From: a virus
Lineage: Duplodnaviria > Caudoviricetes
IMG/VR virus record: IMGVR_UViG_3300017700_000495
Location: 1-37,806 of that record
DNA length: 37,806 nucleotides
Strand: one strand, 5' to 3'
Numbering within the stretch: the stretch's first letter is position 1; the number at the start of each line of letters is the position of its first letter. The position numbers and the translations under genes are program-made. The notes below the pieces were generated by a model, which saw only the letters and a list, made by a program, of their open reading frames with translations, was not told the DNA's origin and did not search any database. Shown in pieces: positions 7,685 through 15,355 of the stretch.

Positions 7685-7871
7685 CTCTATCTCCAGTGTT
7701 TAAATCGCTTGCCTGAATATCGCCAGCCTCTACATGCGCGACGATCTGCGAGGGCGATACTTGACCGCTTCTGATCGCTTCAAGTAGCTGCAATACCTTG
7801 TCGTCTGTATCGGGTGGAGGGCTGTGTTTTTTGTTGAAGCACTGCACTCGCTCTCTGTGGTGGATTGGCAT
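7671..7871 (-). CDS. Hypothetical protein
   Basis: AAAGGA before ATG 7871; fills the gap in the operon. Confidence 0.5.
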   Translation of the reverse strand: MPIHHRERVQCFNKKHSPPPDTDDKVLQLLEAIRSGQVSPSQIVAHVEAGDIQASDLNTGDRDESF

Positions 7872-7929
7872 ACAAAATCCTTTTTTTCATTTGGCTAGGT
7901 GCGCTAGTTGCCGCGTGCATTAATGGCGG

Positions 7930-8166
7930 CTAGTGGACCTTGCTCGCGACAAGATCAAAGATGTGCTGGACAGTTACACACCGCTCGGCCTCATGATCAG
8001 AAATCTCAATCAAGAATTCATCCTCAATCGCCATAACAAGTTCAATGTCGTCAAGGCTGTCTGCACCGAAGTCAGCGGTGATTGACTTTTCGGGGGTCAC
8101 AATGTTTTCATCAATGCCAAGCTGTTCAGCAATCACACGGACAATTCGTTGGTTGTTTTCGCTCAT
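7930..8166 (-). CDS. acpP: Acyl carrier protein
   Basis: 78 aa, acidic. IAEQLGI..DFGADSLDDIELVMAIEDEFLIEISD..TVQ with the phosphopantetheine Ser in DSL intact. GGAG SD. Confidence 0.92.
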   Translation of the reverse strand: MSENNQRIVRVIAEQLGIDENIVTPEKSITADFGADSLDDIELVMAIEDEFLIEISDHEAERCVTVQHIFDLVASKVH

Positions 8167-8269
8167 CTCAATCTCCAAAAAAGGTGGGGCAATCCGTCAG
8201 TCGGCCATCGGCGCTACTGGGCGGGTGCGGTTCGGCTCTGGCGTCCATCGGGATGGTTTTGCCCCGTAA

Positions 8270-8692
8270 TCAAAAAGGAATGTCGTCGTCCATGTCGTCA
8301 AAGCCGCTTGCCGCTTTCGCAGGGGCTGGGCGTGGAGCCGCTGCCGGTGCGCGTGGGGCGGGCGCCGCTGGTCGCTGCCCTCTGGTGAACTCGACCGAGC
8401 CGACACGGCCGACCAACTTAACGCCTTGCGTGCCGTCATTTTTCGGGTATGTCTCAACATGCAAGTCATCGATCTGCATGTAAAACTGGGTGCCTTTGGT
8501 CAGGTACTCAATCAGCTTCCCGGCGCGGTCTCCCCACAAGGCGGCGTCAACCCACTGCGACGGGGTTTTGTTGTCTGCGCCCTTGCGCCCGTAGTTGTAG
8601 GCAAGCGCAAGGCTTGCAACTTGATCGCCGCCGCTGGTGGTGCGCAGTTCGGCGTCGCGGCCCAGGGTAAAAAGTCCAATAAGTGTTGCCAT
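8270..8692 (-). CDS. ssb: Single-stranded DNA-binding protein
   Basis: OB-fold motifs LGRDAELR..YLTKG, Pro/Ala linker, C-terminal DDDIPF. Confidence 0.95.
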   Translation of the reverse strand: MATLIGLFTLGRDAELRTTSGGDQVASLALAYNYGRKGADNKTPSQWVDAALWGDRAGKLIEYLTKGTQFYMQIDDLHVETYPKNDGTQGVKLVGRVGSVEFTRGQRPAAPAPRAPAAAPRPAPAKAASGFDDMDDDIPF

Positions 8693-8694
8693 GG

Positions 8695-9342
8695 TCAGGC
8701 TGCTTTCTTGAGTAAATCGATGTTGTTGGAAAGGGCGGCGCGGAGCTTCGCCTCGTTTTGCTGGACAACCTTGGCAAAAGCCACAAGGTCGGCCTCCAGT
8801 TCTTCAATGGCTTCGTCGTCGCGGGTGATACGCTGCACCTTCATGAATTCCAGGTCAGGCACCCACAGCACAAGGTCAACCCATTGACGGCCCAGCAACC
8901 AGAGATAGCCAAGGCATTGGTCCATGTAGGCCGACACGTCGCCGTCAGCCACTGCCGTAAACAGCGTGTCGCTGGAAACCATCGTCTTGATTTCAAGCAC
9001 GCCATCGTCGTCAATCAGGCCATCAGGGCTCAGACCAAACAACCCGTCGTCGTCGGTGAAAAATCCAACCTCATCGACCAAATTCCGGGTCTGGCGCTCG
9101 TACAAATGGCGCGCAGGGGACTCCTGCTCTGTACCCATGCGCATGGCAGCGTTGACGAACTTGGATGGCGCTTGCCCGCCGCAGCGTTCGCGGGCAATGT
9201 CGTAGGCGTAGGCGAGGCAGGCCTTTGACGGCTGGCCGCTTTTCAGCTTGTCCCGGCAGTCCTTGAAGCGACTCCCGGTGATGCAGCCACGGCGCGCCTC
9301 CAGCCATTCGGGACTGCCTTGGGGGTGGGTGTGCTCGATCAT
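8695..9342 (-). CDS. YqaJ/lambda-exonuclease family protein
   Basis: QGSPEWLEARRGCITGS, GTEQE, SPDGLI..LEIK. Confidence 0.93.
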   Translation of the reverse strand: MIEHTHPQGSPEWLEARRGCITGSRFKDCRDKLKSGQPSKACLAYAYDIARERCGGQAPSKFVNAAMRMGTEQESPARHLYERQTRNLVDEVGFFTDDDGLFGLSPDGLIDDDGVLEIKTMVSSDTLFTAVADGDVSAYMDQCLGYLWLLGRQWVDLVLWVPDLEFMKVQRITRDDEAIEELEADLVAFAKVVQQNEAKLRAALSNNIDLLKKAA

Positions 9343-10082
9343 TTCGGGGCCTTGTCGGCGGCTTTCGCTGCGGCCTTGAGGTTGTCGGACTCAGGCTCCA
9401 GCAGCTTGATATCCGCGTCAGACCGGCCCTTGATCCATGCCGCCAGCGCCTTCCAGCCCTTCATGGCTTCAGTGCGGGCCTCGGCCAGCAGCTCGGCCGG
9501 GATTTCCGGCGCAGCAGCGGCGCCAGCGCCGTCGTCGTCTTCCATGTCCTTGGTTGCCAGTCCGCAGGCCGCAAGCAGGGTGTAGCGCTGCAGATAGGTG
9601 ACTGTGGAGGCAACCTGCTGGATGGCGTTTTTCTTACCTGACGAATCAGGCGAGGCTTCCAGCGTGGTCGATTCGCTATGGCCCAGGTTGTGCGTCAGGA
9701 TGCAGGTAACCTCAATGCGCCCATCAGCCTGCTTGGTGTCCCAGCGATGGCTGAAGCCGTGCGCAGCCAGCCCGGCAACGGTAAGGCTGGTCACGTCGCC
9801 GATGGTGGCGTGCTGGTAAGACGTTGTATCGCCATCGCGGGTCGTGAAGTTGACCTGCTTACGCTTGAAAATCTCGGGCGGGTTCTTCTTGAACTCAGCC
9901 ATGGCGGCGACATAGGCCTTGCGCGCCTCGTTGGCCTCCCAGTCCTTTTGCAGTGCCAGCAACCCCTGCAACTGCTCGACGGTAGCGCCGGCCTGCAGGG
10001 CAGCAAGCGCTGATTTCATGGGGCCAGCTTGTTCGGCAACAGCCACGGCGCGTTGTTCAATTTCGACAATTTCACTCATCAT
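9339..10082 (-). CDS. erf: ERF-family single-strand annealing protein
   Basis: CILTHNLGHSE..SGKKNAIQQVASTVTYLQRYTL..EDDDG signature; adjacent to exonuclease and ssb. Confidence 0.88.
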   Translation of the reverse strand: MMSEIVEIEQRAVAVAEQAGPMKSALAALQAGATVEQLQGLLALQKDWEANEARKAYVAAMAEFKKNPPEIFKRKQVNFTTRDGDTTSYQHATIGDVTSLTVAGLAAHGFSHRWDTKQADGRIEVTCILTHNLGHSESTTLEASPDSSGKKNAIQQVASTVTYLQRYTLLAACGLATKDMEDDDGAGAAAAPEIPAELLAEARTEAMKGWKALAAWIKGRSDADIKLLEPESDNLKAAAKAADKAPK

Positions 10083-10093
10083 CTTTCTCCTTG

Positions 10094-10243
10094 TTAAACA
10101 GGGTCAATCCCTTGGTCCCTCGAAAGCGCATCGCTGTAATTGATGCGCATCAAAAGCCGGATCGCTTCGTAATTCGTCAGGTCGAAGCAATCGGCCACGG
10201 CCTGAATTACTTCGTCGTCCTCTGGTGGTGGTGCGTCGTTCAT
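10094..10243 (-). CDS. Hypothetical 49-aa protein
   Basis: ATGA overlap with the upstream stop. Confidence 0.55.
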   Translation of the reverse strand: MNDAPPPEDDEVIQAVADCFDLTNYEAIRLLMRINYSDALSRDQGIDPV

Positions 10244-10593
10244 TTCGGCATCAACCATCCGACCAAAAGCGGAGCCACCATGGCGCAACCTCCGACCAGC
10301 AGAACGGCAACAACCAGCATTTCCGGGATGTTGTTAAATCCCAGCTCCTTGGCAAACTTGGACAGCTTGTGCGGGATGTTTCCAACCCAGTCCCAGGCGC
10401 GGAGGTGGAGTGGTTTCTCCAGCATCGTGTGCGAGAAGCCGGGGTTGCCGTAATCCTGCGCAAAGTGCTTTTCAGCGGCTTTGGTGTAGGCGCGGTCGTA
10501 CACGCCGTCCGAATCGTTGAAGTCGCAAAACGTCGGGCTGCAATCTGCAGGGTTCGGGCAGTTGCCGCAGCGAGCGGGGAGGGTGGCGCTCAT
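10240..10593 (-). CDS. Hypothetical protein with N-terminal Cys cluster and C-terminal TM
   Basis: GAGG SD and ATGA overlap. Confidence 0.65.
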   Translation of the reverse strand: MSATLPARCGNCPNPADCSPTFCDFNDSDGVYDRAYTKAAEKHFAQDYGNPGFSHTMLEKPLHLRAWDWVGNIPHKLSKFAKELGFNNIPEMLVVAVLLVGGCAMVAPLLVGWLMPK

Positions 10594-10994
10594 GGCTTGA
10601 CCTCGCTGTTGTCCAGCAGCCATTGCAGGCGGTGGGTAACTAGCTCGTGGTCGGTGCCCTTGAAGCCGTCATCGATTGATGTAAAGCCTCGAATCATGAA
10701 AACATCGTTGAGTCCGAATAGAGGCAGCGCCACATCAGTGCCAAACCTGTTCCCGAGGTGCGGCATGCCTTGTCCATCAACAGAAACACCTTGCGCCTTA
10801 AATGTCGGCCAGCCCACACACCAGCCACCAAAGCAAGCGGTGGTGTTGCAGTTCATTTCCTTTTCAAAAGACCCACCATCGCGCCAAAATCCCAGATGCC
10901 CATATACATTCTCCGGAGGCACGCTAGGCCACATTACATTGAGCGCCTCAAGCGTGTTTGCGCGTTGCTGTGGCGTCTGGATAATCTTGCTCAT
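10590..10994 (-). CDS. Hypothetical phage protein
   Basis: GGAGG SD; CNTTACFGGW motif. Confidence 0.75.
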   Translation of the reverse strand: MSKIIQTPQQRANTLEALNVMWPSVPPENVYGHLGFWRDGGSFEKEMNCNTTACFGGWCVGWPTFKAQGVSVDGQGMPHLGNRFGTDVALPLFGLNDVFMIRGFTSIDDGFKGTDHELVTHRLQWLLDNSEVKP

Positions 10995-11161
10995 GTCAAA
11001 AGCCCTCCAAGGAGAAAAGCAGCAGCAATGGCAAGCGTCCAGCCGACTGCGGTATATGGCGCGGTTTTGCGCCGGACTGGCCCTTCAATCGAATTGCGGT
11101 AATCCGGACCTTTGAATGCGTCCACGGCTGAGCGCGGAAACATGCGTGTGGTTTCGTTCAT
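10991..11161 (-). CDS. Hypothetical 56-aa protein with C-terminal TM (MNETTRMFPRSAVDAF..)
   Basis: Read manually; ATGA overlaps at both ends. Confidence 0.7.
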   Translation of the reverse strand: MNETTRMFPRSAVDAFKGPDYRNSIEGPVRRKTAPYTAVGWTLAIAAAFLLGGLLT

Positions 11162-11538
11162 GGCATGGCCTTTCCAATTTCAGCAGCGGCGCGGACGATG
11201 GCGCGGCGGGTAGCGGCGTATTCGCACCCCCATTCATCCAGACTTTCCGCGAACCACGCATCGCTGGTTGCGCTTGGGTCTTCCCCATCAGGCAAGGTTT
11301 TGGCGGCACTTACCGTGCTGCCGTCATCCCAAACATGGACAACAAGACGCAGCTTCACGGCTAGCCGCATTGCGTCGGCGTCATCCTTAAGCGGGTCCCA
11401 GTGTTGCCCGTAGGTCCCTTTGCCACAGTCGGTGCAATAGGTGTCACTGCCCCAGTTGCCGTGTTCTTCACGGGTGTTTTTGTGCAGGCACCGACCGATG
11501 GCCTTGGCCGCCAATTCCAAAAGTTCACGGTCGTTCAT
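11158..11538 (-). CDS. Conserved phage hypothetical protein
   Basis: MNDRELLELAAKA..WDPLKDDADAMRLAVKL..ATRRAIVRAAAEIG pattern; GGAGG SD. Confidence 0.8.
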   Translation of the reverse strand: MNDRELLELAAKAIGRCLHKNTREEHGNWGSDTYCTDCGKGTYGQHWDPLKDDADAMRLAVKLRLVVHVWDDGSTVSAAKTLPDGEDPSATSDAWFAESLDEWGCEYAATRRAIVRAAAEIGKAMP

Positions 11539-11618
11539 CACGTCCTCCAATAAAACCTGGCGAACAAAGCGCGCAGCTTGCTAAGCACTGGGTTAGGCTG
11601 GGTTGGGATGCTTTTCAT
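11538..11618 (-). CDS. Possible 26-aa basic peptide MKSIPTQPNPVLSKLRALFARFYWRT
   Basis: Read manually; start and stop overlap both neighbours (ATGA, TGATG). Confidence 0.45.
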   Translation of the reverse strand: MKSIPTQPNPVLSKLRALFARFYWRT

Positions 11619-11914
11619 GCGGCACCTGTGGCTTTTGCGATGGCGGCGCGGGCCTTTGGGAAGCCCTCCCATCCTTCGGCATCAGCAAGGCGGAGCATGT
11701 CTTGCAACGCCTCCAGTAACTCAGGCGCGGCGGCGATCAGCAGACAATTCGCTTTGTTTTCAGCGTCTGTCCGCGACATGTGCCACAGCCCTTTGTTATC
11801 GGAGCCGTAAAGGCTGAGGCTGGGTAGGCCTGCCTCGTTGTAGCTCCACGGCCCCGGCGTATGCCCTTGCACGCGGCTGGAATCAGCGTTAGCCAAATGA
11901 ACAGAATCAGTCAT
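11615..11914 (-). CDS. Phage hypothetical protein, HTPGPW..LIAAAPELLEAL family
   Basis: Characteristic motifs; ATGA overlap. Confidence 0.8.
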   Translation of the reverse strand: MTDSVHLANADSSRVQGHTPGPWSYNEAGLPSLSLYGSDNKGLWHMSRTDAENKANCLLIAAAPELLEALQDMLRLADAEGWEGFPKARAAIAKATGAA

Positions 11915-12225
11915 GCTTGAGTCTCCATAGGGTGTTTGCGTATCGCCGCAATTGATGCAGCAAGGGCTTGGTCTTCTGGCGGGGCGGGCGGCACGGTGTA
12001 TGCGCCCAAATCAAAACCAGCAAGCACGGCGAGAGCTGCCTTTTTGTCGTCAGGGTGGATAAACAGCTCTTCGCCGAATCGTCTGCATCGCACGCCGGCC
12101 GCTCTGTAGGCCTTGATCAATGTCGGTGGCACACAAGACCCCCAAGACCCGTAAACAACGCCGCCGATAGTTCGATGGCAGTCTGCGGAATCATTGACGC
12201 CAAACCGATTGCGCGGGCCGCTCAT
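11911..12225 (-). CDS. Hypothetical protein
   Basis: GGAGG SD; ATGA overlap. Confidence 0.65.
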   Translation of the reverse strand: MSGPRNRFGVNDSADCHRTIGGVVYGSWGSCVPPTLIKAYRAAGVRCRRFGEELFIHPDDKKAALAVLAGFDLGAYTVPPAPPEDQALAASIAAIRKHPMETQA

Positions 12226-12476
12226 GCTGCCAACCTCCGGCCTTCCTGTTCGTGCCACGCCTGCTCCGCCTGCTGGTTGACAAAATCCTGGTCAATCTCT
12301 GCAGCCATTTCATTGAGCTGGTCCATCACCGACTTTTGGCAGCTTTGAGACAGAGAGCCTGTACGTCCAACAACTGCGCGATATACAAAGGCAAGTTGGA
12401 TCAGTTCGTCGTGATCGGGTAACGCTACGTCGTGCATTGCGTTGCAGGCCGTGCTTACTGGTTGGGAGGGGTTCAT
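12222..12476 (-). CDS. Hypothetical protein
   Basis: Tightly packed in the operon. Confidence 0.65.
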   Translation of the reverse strand: MNPSQPVSTACNAMHDVALPDHDELIQLAFVYRAVVGRTGSLSQSCQKSVMDQLNEMAAEIDQDFVNQQAEQAWHEQEGRRLAA

Positions 12477-12480
12477 GGCT

Positions 12481-12723
12481 TTAGGCGTCCCACTTGCCGG
12501 CGATCTTCCAAGGGCGAGACTGGCGGCGGCGAACTTGGCGCGTGGTGACTGCGGCGTTGTGGGCGGCGATCACCTCGGGCGAACTAACTGCCATGCGCGG
12601 GTAGTTCTTCGGCGCACGAGGTTCGCTCAGCAGCTTGTTGATGCGGTGGCCGTAGCCGGCCATATGCGGCATCGATGAGGACATTCCAGCCAGCAGACCC
12701 AAAAGCATGTGCACGTTCTTCAT
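12481..12723 (-). CDS. Hypothetical basic protein
   Basis: GGAG SD before ATG 12723. Confidence 0.65.
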   Translation of the reverse strand: MKNVHMLLGLLAGMSSSMPHMAGYGHRINKLLSEPRAPKNYPRMAVSSPEVIAAHNAAVTTRQVRRRQSRPWKIAGKWDA

Positions 12724-12788
12724 CTCAATCTCCAAGTTAGCAAATACAAAGTGACCGGACCCCCTGTGGGTCTGGTGCTTGAGGGGGG

Positions 12789-13283
12789 TTAGGCGGAGGC
12801 TTTTTGAGTTGCGGCCACGATCTGCGCCGCGAGCGATTCACACTCAGCGATGCAGTAATCCTCATCACGGAAATCGCCGGAGTACGACCACGCGGGCTCT
12901 TGGTCGTGTTCTGGACTAGGCCCGTCACCAGAGTGCCCGCAGTCATAGCCGAACCACCACAGCGAGCCATCAGATGGCGCCGGGTAGGTTTTGCTGGTGT
13001 CGGAGTAGGTCAGACCACCGTGAACGTTGAATACAGCCTCTGGAGCGCGCCGGTTGTCGTCGCTCATGCTCACCGACAAAGCCGTGAATACGCCGCGTTT
13101 GCCCATTGGCTCGTCGTCGGAAACTGGAGCGAGTGCGTCACAAGGGGCGCTGTAGCTGACACCGTGCAACGGATGCCCCTTTTCCACAGCTACATACCCA
13201 CAGTGATGACCAAGACTGGTCATGTAAATGGCGGCGCGCAGACCCGCTTTAGTTGTCCAGTCCTTTACTAGTCCGTGCTTCAT
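12789..13283 (-). CDS. Conserved phage protein, first gene after PL
   Basis: GGAG SD; GHHCGYV..VHGGLTY..WWFGYDCGH motifs. Confidence 0.8.
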   Translation of the reverse strand: MKHGLVKDWTTKAGLRAAIYMTSLGHHCGYVAVEKGHPLHGVSYSAPCDALAPVSDDEPMGKRGVFTALSVSMSDDNRRAPEAVFNVHGGLTYSDTSKTYPAPSDGSLWWFGYDCGHSGDGPSPEHDQEPAWSYSGDFRDEDYCIAECESLAAQIVAATQKASA

Positions 13284-13371
13284 TTCGTTTTCTCCAGTTG
13301 TTAAATCCACATCACCCCCACCAGAACCCTGACTCGCCGTTGCGCTGGGGTTTTTGGAAGGCGATGAATGA

Positions 13372-13427
13372 ATTAAACACGAATGTGAAGAACGTGTCAA
13401 CACGAACGTGATATTTATTTTCGTGTT
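13372..13427 (-). promoter_or_regulatory. PL promoter with OL operators
   Basis: Minus strand TTGACA (13395-13400), 17 nt, TTTAAT (13372-13377). Operator-like AACACGAATGTGAA (13376-13389) and AACACGAACGTGAT (13399-13412), plus a half-site at 13421-13427. Confidence 0.82.
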
Positions 13428-13452
13428 TCGGGTAAATACCTAATCGGGAAGC

Positions 13453-13478
13453 AAAGAAAAACCGCCTCGCGGGCGGCT
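13453..13478 (-). terminator. Intrinsic terminator of the repressor transcript
   Basis: Minus strand CCGCC-CGCGA-GGCGG followed by TTTTTCTTT. Confidence 0.75.
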
Positions 13479-13487
13479 GATGTGGCG

Positions 13488-13739
13488 CTAGGCCAGTTCG
13501 TTGAAGGACAGTTCCCAGCGCAGCTTGCGGCGCAAAGCCTCAAGGGCGGGGAGGGCGTCTATTGGGTGGCGCCTGTAGTGGCCGCAGACACCAGTGCGAA
13601 AGCCCGTGGGGCCATCCTGTATGCCATAAAAAAGGGACCGAAAGTCGGTGTCGTCTGATTCCGCCAGGTCAGCCAAATCCCGCAGGAGTGCCGCCACCTC
13701 CTGCTTCGTCTTTTTCTCTATCCGAACCACCTTCAGCAT
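13488..13739 (-). CDS. Hypothetical protein co-transcribed with the repressor (start uncertain)
   Basis: MLKVVRIEKK..; overlaps the repressor 3' end and ends just before the terminator. Confidence 0.65.
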   Translation of the reverse strand: MLKVVRIEKKTKQEVAALLRDLADLAESDDTDFRSLFYGIQDGPTGFRTGVCGHYRRHPIDALPALEALRRKLRWELSFNELA

Positions 13740-14292
13740 TTTTAGGGCCTGTTGGATCAGCTGACTTTTTAACCGCATCGCTTTGGTGCGTGCTTGTACG
13801 AGGGGCGATTTTGGGCTTTGTCAATGTCGTACTTAGGGGGTACTTTCCCTGCCTGTCAGAAATACCATTGGACTCACCAATTCGTGTGATTGACTCTTTT
13901 TCTATCAGGTCGCCAAGGCGCCCCGCCCAGCGCCCAGCGGGGTTTTCGGCCAATTCCTGCATTAAATGCGCGGCTTCCTTGCGCGATTCAGCATCCATGT
14001 CAAGCAAAAAGGTGGCTAGCGTATTGATTGCAGTTCGCATCGCCTGCGCGCCGTCTATCGGGTTGGTTTGATCTTTGCCAACTACTGCCGGAGCGTCGCC
14101 GCCGTCGCGCAGCCAGTTATGAGGCACTCCCAGAGCTTCCGCCAGTCTGGGAAGGCTGCCGTGGCTTCGGCGAACGCCGGCCTCGATATTGCCCACAGTC
14201 CCCTGAGAAACCGTCGCCGCTTGGGCTAGCTGCTCCTGCGTCCACCCCTTTTCCAGGCGGGCGGCTTTGAGTCGGGATGCGATGGAATCCAT
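13669..14292 (-). CDS. cI: CI-like repressor: Xre HTH with no S24 peptidase domain
   Basis: MDSIASRLKAARLEKGWTQEQLAQAATVSQGTVGNIEAG HTH; divergent from cro across the operators. Confidence 0.85.
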   Translation of the reverse strand: MDSIASRLKAARLEKGWTQEQLAQAATVSQGTVGNIEAGVRRSHGSLPRLAEALGVPHNWLRDGGDAPAVVGKDQTNPIDGAQAMRTAINTLATFLLDMDAESRKEAAHLMQELAENPAGRWAGRLGDLIEKESITRIGESNGISDRQGKYPLSTTLTKPKIAPRTSTHQSDAVKKSADPTGPKNAEGGSDREKDEAGGGGTPAGFG

Positions 14293-14293
14293 A

Positions 14294-14359
14294 AACACGA
14301 TTGTTTTCGATTCGTCACTCACAAATGTGTTGACACCACTAACACGATCGTGATTAAAT
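14294..14359 (+). promoter_or_regulatory. PR promoter with three OR operators
   Basis: TTGACA 14330-14335 and a -10-like TTAAAT at 14354-14359. AACACGATTGTTTT (14294), inverted AACACATTTGTGAG (14318-14331) and AACACGATCGTGAT (14341) share the OL motif. Confidence 0.8.
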
Positions 14360-14365
14360 ATGGGT

Positions 14366-14551
14366 ATGGAAGTACTAAACATTGCAATTCACGAGGCAAA
14401 AAGCGTTGGCAACCTGGCGAAAGCCTTGGGCGTCAAGCAGAACGTCATCAGCAATTGGAGGCTCCGTAAAAGCGTCCCCAAGCCGTGGCTGATGGTGCTG
14501 GAGAGGAAGTACGCGAAGGCCATCAAGGCCGCGCAGCAGCAGGAGGCGTGA
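14366..14551 (+). CDS. cro: Cro-like (YdaS-type) regulator
   Basis: LAKALGVKQNVISNWRLRKSVP HTH; divergent from cI. Start is 14360 or 14366, probably leaderless. Confidence 0.85.
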   Translation: MEVLNIAIHEAKSVGNLAKALGVKQNVISNWRLRKSVPKPWLMVLERKYAKAIKAAQQQEA

Positions 14552-14554
14552 GCC

Positions 14555-14833
14555 ATGACCGCGTATGTCTCCGCCTACCGCCCCGGCGAAGTCCGCCTGA
14601 CTGTCCGCCAGCTTCAAGTGCTTCGATTTATGCACGACTTTTTCCTGCAGAACCAGCAACTCCCGCCCATGGATCGCATCTGCGCGCACTTCGACTGGGC
14701 TAGCCCCAACAACGCACAGGAACACATCAACCGAATCGTGGTTAAGGGCTACCTGACCAAAAACGTCGTCGGTAAATACATGTTCACGGCCCGCGCACTC
14801 GACGAATTTAACGCCACTCAGGCCACCGCCTAA
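14555..14833 (+). CDS. Stand-alone LexA N-terminal DNA-binding-domain protein
   Basis: LTVRQLQVLRFM..LPPMDRICAHFDWASPNNAQEHINRIVVKGYL parallels LexA LTARQQEV..PPTRAEIA..SPNAAEEHLKALARKG. No peptidase domain. Confidence 0.8.
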   Translation: MTAYVSAYRPGEVRLTVRQLQVLRFMHDFFLQNQQLPPMDRICAHFDWASPNNAQEHINRIVVKGYLTKNVVGKYMFTARALDEFNATQATA

Positions 14834-14950
14834 TCCCCCGCCATGAAGCCACTCAGGAAGACATTCAGCCGCGTGTTGCCAGCCCATCAGTGGGTCGTTA
14901 CTGGCTGTGTGTTTTGTGTTTCGCATGGCCTCGATTTTTTTGCACACCAG

Positions 14951-14978
14951 TGACAACGACTGACAAAAGGTTTTATCA
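14951..14978. promoter_or_regulatory. Possible CII-type binding site (direct repeat)
   Basis: TGACAA twice with a 10-bp period (14951, 14961) just before the CII-position gene. Confidence 0.4.
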
Positions 14979-15341
14979 GTGAATATCTCTGCCGAAAAAA
15001 ATCAGCTCACCCTCGACTTCACGCCGGGGCTTCTGGAGCGCCACCGCAACCTGCGGGACTGCATCACCACTGGCATTTACAGGCGCGGCCTGTCCACCGT
15101 GGCGATTGACTTGAACGAAAGCCCTGGAAATCTGAGCAACCAGCTTAGCGACGAATCGCAGCGCAAGTTTGGCGTTGATGACTTCGAAATCTACCTCGAA
15201 AAGTCGAAGGACTACACGGCGATCTATTACCTGATTGAGAAATTTCTGCACAAAAAAGACGTTGATGCAAACGCGACGCAGGCAAAGCTGGACGCCCTTG
15301 AGCAGATCCAGCGGCTGATGAAACAGGCCGGATTGGCCTAA
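14979..15341 (+). CDS. CII-like regulator
   Basis: Position after cro; HTH-like STVAIDLNESPGNLSNQLS. Confidence 0.55.
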   Translation: MNISAEKNQLTLDFTPGLLERHRNLRDCITTGIYRRGLSTVAIDLNESPGNLSNQLSDESQRKFGVDDFEIYLEKSKDYTAIYYLIEKFLHKKDVDANATQAKLDALEQIQRLMKQAGLA

Positions 15342-15355
15342 ACCAAGGAGAAATT

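Noticed and set aside
8186-8265. tRNA gene
   Set aside because: It has a 7-bp closing stem and ACC, but no GTTC T-loop or convincing anticodon arm.
14293-14382. Longer N-terminus for cI
   Set aside because: It would run through the OR operators and into cro; the HTH begins at ATG 14292.
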